A stretch of DNA of 64,000 bases from the human T2T-CHM13v2.0 reference genome, Homo sapiens. The notes below the pieces were generated by a model, which was given only the letters and a program-made list of their open reading frames with translations, made no database searches and was not told where the DNA came from. The number at the start of each line of letters is the position of its first letter. Position 1 is the first letter of the stretch. Position numbers and translations under genes: made by a program. Positions 43,894-56,822 of the stretch are shown in pieces. The stretch lies in NCBI RefSeq assembly GCF_009914755.1, contig NC_060925.1, one strand, 5' to 3'.

Positions 43894-44797
43894 GGTGTGT
43901 GTGCCCCGCTCAGCTGTGTACACTCTGCTCAGGTATGTACCCTGCACAGATGTGTGTGCCCTGCAAAGACGTGTGCACCCTGCTCGTGTGCGTACTCTGC
44001 CCAGGTGTATGTGCCCTGCACAGGTGTGTCTACATTGCTTAGGTGTGTGTGTCCTACATAGGTGTGTGTCCTCTGCCCAGGTGTGTGTGCCCTACACAGG
44101 TGTGTGTGCTCTGCACAGGTATGTGTACAATGCTCAGGTGTGTGTGCATTTTGCTCGGGTGTGTGTGCCCTGCTCAGCTATGTGTGCCCTGCACAGATGT
44201 GTGAACATCGCTCAGGTGTATGTACCCTGCTCACGTGTGTGTACACTGCTCAGGTGTGTGTGCATTTTGCTCGGGTGTGTGTGCCCTGCTCAGCTGTGTG
44301 TGCCCTGCACAGATGTGTGAACATTGCTCAGGTGTGTGTGCCCTGCTCAGGTGTGTGTACACTGCTCAGGTGTGTGTGCATTTTGCTCGGGTGTGTGTGC
44401 CCTGCTCAGCTGTGTGTGCCCTGCACAGATGTGTGAACATTGCTCAGGTGTGTGTGCCCTGCTCAGGTGTGTGTACACTGCTCAGGTGTGTGTGCATTTT
44501 GCTCGGGTGTGTGTGCCCTGCTCAGCTGTGTGTGCCCTGCACAGATGTGTGAACATTGCTCAGGTGTGTGTGCACTGCTCAGGTGTGTGTGCATTTTGCT
44601 CGGGTGTGTGTGCCCTGCTCAGCTGTGTGTGCCCTGCACAGATGTGTGTACACTGCTCAGGTGTATGTGCCCTGCTAAGGTGTGTGTGCTCTGCACAGGT
44701 GTGTGTGCCCTGCACCAGTGTGCGTACATTGCTTAGGTGTGTGTGCTCTGCTCAGTTGTATATGCCTTGCTCAGGTGTTCATGCCCTGCTTGGGTGT
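43894..44797. repeat. Minisatellite: 19-bp monomer GTGTGTGTGCCCTGCTCAG with a 116-bp higher-order unit
   Basis: About 47 monomers; marker cattttgctcgg at 44147, 44263, 44379, 44495, 44592 (spacing 116,116,116,97). Confidence 0.95.
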
Positions 44798-46571
44798 TAA
44801 GGCGAAACTGCTGATTTCCGACTACACTTTAAGTGCAAACATGGCTATCCATGAAGAAACACAGAAGAAGCACTGTTAAAAAGCAAAGTGCCTGAGTGCT
44901 AGTTATATTTGTCTCACTAATATACCCTGTGACCTCAGAGAGAAAACCACTCCAATCTCAGAACCTCTATTTCCTCATCTTTGAAATGAGAAGAATGCCA
45001 CCTGCCCTTCCTATCCCACAAGGGCTATTGTGAGGCGTACACAAGGTCTCATTCATATGAGTTGGAGACATGTGGATGCTTCTCTGTATGATTTTAGGTA
45101 TGAATGTAAGTTTGAATCTGTGCATATGTGAGTAGAGAGAATGCTCATGCTTGTGTGTGTGAGAGAATCCTTCCACGTACGTACACTCTTACACACATGC
45201 TTCTGGATAGCTGGTATTTGAATATTTGAGAATTTGCAAATAGATGGTGTGATGTGCTTTTCCTAGCAGATGTGCATGCTGCCTGTCTAAAGCGTACGCT
45301 TCTACTTCTGTATCTACCCATGCTTCTTGGCTCTCCCGCCCCCACCTGTGCCTTGTTGCATTGCAGGTCACTGATGCTGAGGGTTGTATTCAGTTGAGGA
45401 GCTCACAGGCTTCTCCACAATGATGTCTGCATCAGTGGGTGCTCCTGGGTGGCCACACACATGTGCACTGTGCATCTTCCAGACACCCAGAGTGGGCCTC
45501 AGACCAACTGCCTCTGCTCCCTCAGTCCCACCCTTGTGTGGGGCTCTTCTGCAGACATGTGAAAGATGGCAGTTGAGGGGGATTAATTTGCCTAGCATGT
45601 TCTCCGTGGGTGGGCATCAGCTTTATCAGGAAAGGATCAGCATTTGCCAACATCCCAGGTCCAAGCAGGGCCCACTGGGCTGGACTGAGTTCATCAGGCC
45701 AGTAACTGGGGCAGGCTCACTGCAAGGATAGCCCAGATGTGTTGTCCTCTAGCTGAGCATTGAACCTGTGCTGACAGCTTATTTACCAGGCATCCTGTCT
45801 GTTTTTGCGGGAACAGTTCATACGTTGCCATTCTAACCTTGTGTTTGTAAGGACACAACATGCATATGGAAGAGAGTTTTCTCTGTACAAGGCTAAGAAG
45901 GTCAATACTCTGCTCTGCCCAGGTGAACATAGAACAGGGTCTATGGCCAGGGCCTCTGCGTTGCTCAAAGGCAGAGGTCACTGCTCACATCCTGGAGTAC
46001 ATGGATGGTGGCCTACGGAAAGATGGTGCTGCCTCTGACCATGGACCACTTCGTAGCCTTGACATCGTGCATGGCAGAGCACTTGCTCCGCTGCATGTTT
46101 TGTGAAGCTGGGTCAGGTTCTGCTATGGGAGTCATGAGCTGGGGAGCCACACCCAATGAATGTGCTATGCTAGCCCTAGAAATGACTCGGGGGAGGGGAA
46201 GAAAACTACTCAGCAACATCTACAGGATTTCCAAAATAGGAATCTGAAGGATGTGTAGGTGGAAGTTTGCGTGCCTGTGAGGCATGGTGTTTGAGCATCT
46301 GGAGCTGTGGATCATGTGAAATGGCATAACCTGTGTGCCTCTGCATGTGTGCTTCAAAAACTAGATCCATGTATTTGCACATAGCAAGGAATCGAAAGTC
46401 ACTCCATTGGAGAATCGAATGTGGGGAGTCTACAGAAGGCAAGCAGGCACATGGAGACCTGATGGCCACACAGAGGACTCCCTGTCTCCCTCTGGAAATC
46501 TGCTGGTGGCTGTGGGGCTTGAGGTTCCTAGAGGTTGGGGTGAACTGAACCTGTCCATTTTTCTTCCCCAG

Positions 46572-46628
46572 AAGAGACAGAAGGAGAAGACACCACATGT
46601 CGATGTGGGAGCCACGCAGCAGCCACCT
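46572..46628 (+). CDS. CACNA1E: CACNA1E cassette exon 19 (57 bp, 19-aa Arg-rich II-III linker insert)
   Basis: ttccccag|A AGA GAC ... CAC CT|gtatgt; [19 protein letters not shown]; symmetric phase-2 exon; a known alternatively spliced Cav2.3 insert. Confidence 0.95.
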
Positions 46629-47457
46629 GTATGTGTGTACCAGTTTGCGTGTTTGTGAGTGGTTACGTGTGGGCGTGGGACAATGTGTCATTGTCCTTGC
46701 CATAGACAAAGTGGCACTGGGTGTGCATGTCAGTGTGTGGCTTGGTGTGTGTGTGTGTGTTCCGTTCACATGATCTGTGGATATGCCCTCTGCACCTCTC
46801 AACATTTGCTTATATCAGCGTGTGTCTACCTTTGTGAACTGTGTGTTTTTCGCTCTTCAGTCTGGCCTGTGAGTGGGTATATGTTGTGTTAGTGTTGGTG
46901 GGTATACCTCTCACGTAGGTAGTTGTGTACAGCTATGTGTGGGCCTCAGCGAGGATGCGTGTGGGTACATGCGCGTGTCCCCTTCACAGTTTGTAGGTGT
47001 GCGCCCACAGGCACAGGCTCAGGGAGGAGGTAACTTCCCCTCCGCCCAGCGAGCCCTCTCCCATGTGCTCTCCTGCACTTGTCATGTTCATGATTTCCTG
47101 CTGCCCCATGAATGCTCCTCTAGGCCCCTGGGCTGAAATGCTCGATCGCAGTTTTGAGTATGAGCTGCTGGTGGTCTCTGCACTTAGCCTTCTCTGGCTT
47201 TTATTAGCTATTGTGGAAGAGACTCCTAGCACTCTTACTTTTGAGGGTGATATCAAGACTTTTTGTAATAAGTCTGCCTGGCACTCTTCTTACCCTTCAA
47301 TGGTATCTGACCATTTCAGCCCTCATTATCCCGGGCTGTAACCTGAGAGGGAAGGGAGATGAGGGGGAGAGGAGGAGGAAAGACCTTTGACCTTGAATCA
47401 AGGGCCGTTGAGTGTGTACAAGCAGATGCCCCGAAAGCAAGGAGAGCAGGGGAGTGA

Positions 47458-48432
<975 letters not shown>

Positions 48433-48681
48433 TGAGTGAGTCACAGGGCTCCCAGATGGATGGCACACAGGCTGCTGTTAGGTGTTCCTCAATATAAGCC
48501 TTTCTGAGCTCCAGTTTCTTCTCCTATTATAAAATGGAAATGATGCTGACACACACTTTGTGAGGTATGAATAAATATAACAGGCAGTGGGCTCTGTCCC
48601 CCCAAAAACGAGGGCCTGTTGGAAGTGGGTCGTGGATAGAAGGATGGGAATAAGGCAGTGGCCATGGCTTGTGGGTCTTAG

Positions 48682-49209
<528 letters not shown>

Positions 49210-49789
49210 TGACAATAAAGCCACATGGAAAGCACCACCAGGAGGAGTAAATCATCCTTCAAGAAGTAAAAATGAGTGGCGGTTTTCTCCCAGTGTGCAG
49301 AACAAAAATAAGCTAGCGTTCTCTTCATCTTAAATTTTTCCCATAAAATTTCCCCAGGCTTGTTCCTGTGACCACCCTCAAGTCTTCAGAGTGATCACTT
49401 GTGACTTTGTGCCCAGTTAGATATTCAGCTGTTTGCTTTGGTGCATGAATATTTGATGGTGTTGTCTGGGGTCTCCCAGGTGCTCTGCTGCCCTGGCAAG
49501 TTAGGGAGCCACTGATGGAGTGGACCATGGCTCTGCTCACTGAGTGATCTTGGAAAAATCTCTGCATCTCTTGAGGCCTCAGTTTGTCATCTGTAAAGTG
49601 AGAGCATTGTACTAGATGATCTCTGAGGCCTTTCCCTGTACTAACATTTTATATGATTCTATTGCTCTTATCAACTCTTTTTCTCCTAGGAGCTTTTAGC
49701 CACAAGTTCTCCCCATCACAGTTCCCTTAGGCAACAAATGTTAATCAATGGTGTCCTAAAGGGAAACACAGCCAAAAAAAAAAGCACTT

Positions 49790-50323
49790 CCCCACCCCTG
49801 CCCTGACCCTACATCCCATCCCTGTATTCATCCTACCCCTTATCCTTGCCCTGACCCCATACCCCATCCCTGCCCTGACCCCACAGCTCATCCCTGCATT
49901 ATGAATTCCACACCTTATCCTTGCCCTGACCCCATACCCCATCCCTGCCCTGACCCCACACCTCATCCCTGCATTATGAATTCTACACCCTATCCTTGCC
50001 CTGACCCCACACCCCATCCCTGCGCTGACCCCACACCTCATCCCTGCATTATGAATTCCACACCCTACCCTTGCCCTGACCCCATACCCGATCCCTGCCC
50101 TGACCCCACACCTCATCCCTGCATTATGAATTCCACACCCTATCCTTGCCCTGACCCCATACCCCATCCCTGCCCTGACCCCACACCTCATCCCTGCATT
50201 ATGAATTCCACACCCTATCCTTGCCCTGACCCCACACCCCATCCCTGCGCTGACCCCACACCTCATCCCTGCATTATGAATTCCACACCCTATCCTTGCC
50301 CTGACCCCATACCCCATCCCTGC
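49790..50323. repeat. C-rich minisatellite, 75-bp unit (24+24+27 subunits), about 7 copies
   Basis: atgaattc at 49901, 49976, 50051, 50126, 50201, 50276. Confidence 0.96.
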
Positions 50324-51646
50324 TCTGGCCTCATGATCTCTGTGCATTAATCCCACCTGCTGCCCCGTGATCACTGAATTGTGACCACAGGATTCCAGCC
50401 TTGCTGTTTTCCTCTACTTTTTCTGTATTTACTCTTTTACATGAAAATCTTTTCCCTCCCTGTTTTTCTTTCTTCCATGGCTCCCTCTCCATTTCCGCAT
50501 CTTCTCTATAGTCAACGTGCCACTGCTACTTCAGAAAGTGCAATCTCCCATGTCCAGTGCATGCTTCAGTTGACTTGGGCATGTCTCAGGATCCCAGACC
50601 CACAGCTCTTTTGGTGTTTGTTTGCTTTAATACATAAGAAGTGTTTTGGGCCTTCTTTTATGAGAAAGAACATAAAGCTTTACTCTCCCTCTGTTGTAAT
50701 TCCAGAGCTAGTCTTTGGTCTTGGTCATAGGTAAAAGCATGTGATAGGAAGGCTTTTGGATACTTCTTATGACTTACTCTTTAGGAGGCCTGGGCATGGG
50801 CCAGGACCACCGAGGTCCACTGCTGACACAGGGTTCCAGGGTGGAGTCATTCAATGAGCAGGGAGCAGTGGGCGAGGGTGACTGGGGCCCTTTCCCCACT
50901 GTGACAGCTTCAGCCTCCTGCCAGTTTAACCTACACCGTGTCTTGAGTATGGAAACAGAGCAGCAGCTGAGAGCTCCCCTCGACCTCTGGCTCCTTCGTC
51001 CTCCCAATCCTTGGATGCAGTCATGGACCTATACTCACATGAATATTGCATTCTCATTTCTACATTAACCATGGCCGAGAAAAGCACAGCCAGAAAGCCT
51101 GCTGCAAACAGAATCATGATTTCTTGAAATCTTCCATTGCAGGGTGATTCAATGAAAGGCTATAGGATTTTGAATTGGGAACCCATACTAGCTGTATGAC
51201 CTTAGGAATGGTACTTAAATTGCTAGAACTTTAGTTTTCCCATCTGTATCATGGGAGTAATAATACATGCCACTGAGGGTATACCCCTCAGTGGGAAAAT
51301 TCAGTAAGTGAGCATGTACAAAGAATCCAGAGTTTAGATATAAAATCTAAACCTTGTGAATTTTATAACAGAAACATCATGTTGTTTATCAGACTGTAAA
51401 AGTTCAACCTTAAAAGTGGAAACATGATCATGGTCATTTATATGACATAAAAGGTTATTTCTCATAACATTTGGGGAGGGTAAAAATAAGAAGAGAAGAG
51501 GAGTTTAACTCAGTGTCAGGTAGTAAATACCCCCAGTGCCTGCAGGGCACCTTGTTAGGGACATCCCTGGAGCCCTTTCTCCTCCTCTCCTTTCATCCCC
51601 AACTAAACACAAATGGTGCCATTTTCACATGCCTCATGATTTCTGA

Positions 51647-51832
<186 letters not shown>

Positions 51833-52868
51833 TAAGCCACCCTCGCGTTGCTCCCTCTTTAGTGCTAGGGTAAACGGCCAGGTGTGAGGCAGGGCAGGGT
51901 GAAGGGGAGAGGAAGGATGGGGGCCCAGCCATCTTCTTAAGCCTTCCTGGTGGAGCATGGCCAGACATTGAGCATCTGGGGTGCCCCCTAAGTGAGGTGG
52001 GTTGGTAAGTTAGTCAGCCTCTGAACTCTGTGCCCATAGCTGAAAGAGTAACATCGACAGGAGAACATGAGAAATGTCATTGGAAAGGAACTCTTTACCA
52101 GTCTTTGGTCAGTAGGTAGTGTGGAGGGAGGAAGGAAATCTACTTGAGATTTTGCCACCAAATATTCCAGAAGTGGATAGAGCCAAGAATGTGGAGCCTA
52201 GAATGACCAGATCACCTGTTGGAGTTGAGAATTTTGGTCACACTGCTCTACATGTGGAGTTTTGAAATGGTCTGCTCTGAGCATGCTACTCAGAGCAGAG
52301 GCAGGGACATGAAGTGGGGGTGACAGAGCGGAGTCTGGAAGGTTAGATTCAGGAAAGATGGAATTTGGGAAGAGCGTTCCAGCAGGGCTCTGGGAAGGGA
52401 GCAACCTGAGTTAAGGCATGTGAGCCATCCATGGCTAGAATGCAGAATATAGAATACAGTTACTTTAACCAGAATAACCTGGGGCTCATGAAAACTCATT
52501 ACTGCTTTCGTCAGGAATTTTAGAATCAAGATCTCTTTTTATGTTTTTTGGTTCTTTGTAATTTCCTTGGGATGTCCCAGTTTCCTTTCAGTGGGAGAGT
52601 AGACATCGAGATACAGCAGAGGGTGCTATGCAGCTGCCCTGAGTTGGTAGGCTGATGCTGGCTGCTCCCCATGGCTCAGACGTGTCTGTGGATAATGTAT
52701 CTTGGCTTGCGTGCTGCAGCCTCTAACCAATCTGATTACCTTCCTCCACTGGGGCTTTAAATCAAGGGTGGTGGCTGAGAAATTAAATTGCTCTCCCTGG
52801 CGGCTTCCTTTGGCAAGGGCCTGGCTGTCTGGAAGGGGCCAATATGTGTATGTGGGAGTGAGGAGTAA

Positions 52869-53120
<252 letters not shown>

Positions 53121-53715
53121 TGAACCGAGATGGTAGCAAGGTTTCTGGGGAATGAGCAAGGGTTGGAAATTGTCCACTCCTGTTCCTCAGGGCGAAGTAT
53201 GAACCATTCCCAGACAAGCCCCTTCTTAGCCCAACATACTACAAGGCTCTGCCCCAAACCGGCCAGGGCTCTGCAGGGCTCTGCAGCCACCCATGGGCTT
53301 GGATGTGGGTCTAATATAGGGTCATGGATGGTGTGTGTGAAGCTGGCAGCTGCAGCTCCACCACAGGGGGCCAAGGCCTCTCCTGGGGTCCCACGGGTAT
53401 GTGTCAGGAGACATGAGGGACGCGAGGAGGACAGGAGCTGACAAGGATTTCAGGTCCCGAGCCTGAACTAAGGGACAGGTATGTGGGCAATTCAGACCCA
53501 AAATGCTAAGTTCTGGCCAACGAGAGGGAGCAGCCAAGGAGTGGCCACTGGGTCACATGGCTCCAGCAGGGCCCATGCCCCTCCTTCTGGCATTTCTCTC
53601 TCAGTCCAGCTAGTGGCTCTAATTCCAAGCCTTTGTTCTGAGGGTGCAGTGGGTGAGGGCCAGGGTGGGCGTGCACGAGTGCATGTGTCCTGGCAGGTGG
53701 GAGCTCATGTAGTAG

Positions 53716-53859
<144 letters not shown>

Positions 53860-54432
53860 TAGATGGGTCACCTGTCTGCTCCTTAGGCTAGAGCCCTTCC
53901 TCAGTGTTACCACCTACCAGCCAATGGCAGCCCTCAGTAGAGCTTCTGCCGCCCCTTCTCTGGCCTCAGAATCCTGAAGAAATCTGTCTCAGCAAGACAC
54001 GGCTGCGTGGATGTGTTTGTACTGCTGCAGGCCTGTGGACATGGCCCAAGTAGGAGGCAGGCAACAGATGTGCAGACAGGGTTGGGGCCTGCACTCCCCT
54101 CCCCAGTGCTTGTCTTGGCTGAGCCTGGGTGTGTGCCAAGGCAAAGGGCTAGGTAGAGATGAGTCTTCCTGGGCTTCATCTAGTCCCAGCCACCACAACA
54201 CTCCATAGTCTGTCTTGTTCCCAGCCTCATCCATCCAGGATTTTACCCATCTGTGCATATGTGGCAATGCCCAGTGCTCTGAGCCATAAATGAAAGGAGG
54301 AATGTGTCAGGGTTCTGTGACAACCAAGGAGTCTAGTGAACCCTGGGTGACTATGAGATGGGGGCCTCAGGACTCAGTTATGTGGAGAAAGCCTGCTGGA
54401 CCTAACCTCTCATTCTCCAGGTCCTAGCATAG

Positions 54433-54651
<219 letters not shown>

Positions 54652-56609
54652 TAAGTGACTCTTTTCATATTTGATTCCCTTCCTTCCCCTCTTCCTGGAG
54701 ACTCCAGTTGATTTGAAGCCCTTTCCAGAAATGCAACATGCAGGGTGATGCCAAAGAATGCCCCCGCTGGAAATCTGCTCCCCAGTCGCCCCCAGCAGAG
54801 CTCCTGAGCGCCTTGCAGCTCCAGCTCACGTGACCTGAGTGGCAGAACGGGGGAAGCAGGAGTAGGGAGCGTCAGGAGGGAGAAGTCAGAGGCCCTAGGA
54901 ATTCCTTTCCTAGAGATGAGTAAGCATGGGCAGGCACTCACAGTGTGGACAGTGTTTCCATGCATTCAGCAATGGACCCAGGAACAGCTTATGGGCCCTT
55001 TCTTTCTTGAGTGTGTCAATCAAGGAAGCAGCTTGAAAGAAAGATGCAGAGGGTAGAGCAAAGTTGAGGATCACGGAATCCTAGGCATGGTGAGGTTTTC
55101 TATTCATAGCAGGTGTAAACGAGAGCTCTTCCAGGGATGCCAGAACCATGCTTTTGCACAAACCTAATAATATGTGTAATCTCCAAAAGGAAAGGCTTTC
55201 CAAACTTTCCTTGATAACATACCTAGGAAAACAGTCTTAAACCATTCAGGCAACAAAATCATGTTCATAATATTTGTGGGATTTTTTTCCCCCCTGCACA
55301 TGGATCCAGCTCTAGCCAGTTTTCAATCACATTCTGACATTTCCTGTGGAATCTAGCCAAGGAAAGGGCTCTTCTAGCCCTCCTGGGATTAACTAGGAAA
55401 TGGGATGCTTTCAGGGCCTTTTTCCTAACCCGGTGTATAGAGTGTCCCAGTAGGATGAATGACAGCCTCAGGGCTCTGTCTGTACCTTGTTCACCCTGAG
55501 CAGCTTCAGCCTCTTCCAGGAGGCACAACAGAATTCTCAGAGCCATCCCTCAAGTCTCTCTGAGTACAAGTGGAAGCCTCATCTTTAGGCTAAGCAAGGC
55601 TAGCTACACTGTGTAGTGAGGCAGGAGAGCTTTCAGGAGCTTCTGTCATTGATGGCAGCTGCAAAAGGAACACAGTATCTTCATACGTTTACCCTTCTGA
55701 GTGGTTTTCCCTCCAAGGGTTTGCCCTTCCAAGTGTTTAGAAAGAGATCACCCTTGGAAGGGTTTGCCCTTCTAAATGTTTAGAAACACAGGGAAGCTGA
55801 CAGTGCTTCTCCCCAAGCTTCTCTTCAAGCACTGTCAGCTGCTGTCTCTTATCCTTTCTGGCAGAAAAACAGGTGGGATAAAAATTACCAGATGTTTCTC
55901 AAGTGGCCTGGTGGGGGTGGGGATAGTGGAGGGCTCTCTCTCTCTTAAGGAGAGGTACAAGATACACTCCCAGCTGTGCTAGGAGTGTAGGATCTCCCAG
56001 ACCCTGGAACTGGACTGTGTCCACTGCTTCCTCAGCCATGAGAGACCCTTCAAAAGAAAACCACATTGAGCATAGTTTGTGACTCTAAAATGGGCTGGTG
56101 ATCAAGGTAATTCCAGTGTCCCTTGTCCCCTTGTGCACATGTTAATTCCATTGTGTGCAGTCACCTTTGTCCCCCACAAAAAGAAAGCTTTCTGTCACAT
56201 GTGGCTGGACTGTTCTTGAGGAAATTTTACAGAAGCATGGGGTATTTTCTCAAGCATCTGGGCCCTGTCTGGATTCTCATGGTGCAATGAAAGGAAAGGC
56301 AGCTCTGGCTCCAAAAGAGGGACTTCCAGCTCCTCTTCCGTCTTCTTGGAAAGAAGGATTAAAGTCTGCCTTTGCCCTAAGGAGACCCACCTTTTTTGTT
56401 AGAGATAAATATTATCCTTAGGTTTTTAAAAGGTCAAGTTCCCTTTCATTTTACTAATTCATTTGCATAGATTATTCACTGTATCATTCTTCTTATTTTG
56501 ATCTCTAAAAATCATGTGTCTCTCTTTGAAGTATAAAGGACAAAGAGATAGAAGCATATAGGAAAGAACCCACCCCATCTTTAGGAAGAACAGAGCCCAC
56601 TGGCATAAC

Positions 56610-56822
56610 AGGACAGAGTGGCAAGAAAGGTTGGGCTGTGGAACCAGACGGGCTCTTGTTTGAATCCCAGCCCCTCTACTTTCCAGCTTTGTGTCCTTGA
56701 GCCACACAGCAAAATATTAACCCTCCTAACCTCAGTTCTCATCTCTGAAATGCAGATAAAATAATGTGTGTAAAGTGCTTAGGACGGGGCCTGATGTAGT
56801 GTGAACAGTCAATACATGTTGA
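56610..56822 (+). mobile_element. MIR
   Basis: tttgaatcccagcccctctacttt...aacctcagttctcatctctgaaatg...gtaaagtgcttag. Confidence 0.75.

Noticed and set aside
43841-44879. Several Cys/Val-rich ORFs resembling metallothionein or keratin-associated proteins
   Set aside because: They are translations of the TG-rich VNTR, open in several frames, with no promoter, splice or poly(A) context.
49745-50374. 209-aa Gly/Arg-rich ORF (-) and 149-aa Pro/Cys-rich ORF (+)
   Set aside because: A by-product of a stop-free 75-bp (3n) repeat unit; no independent coding evidence.
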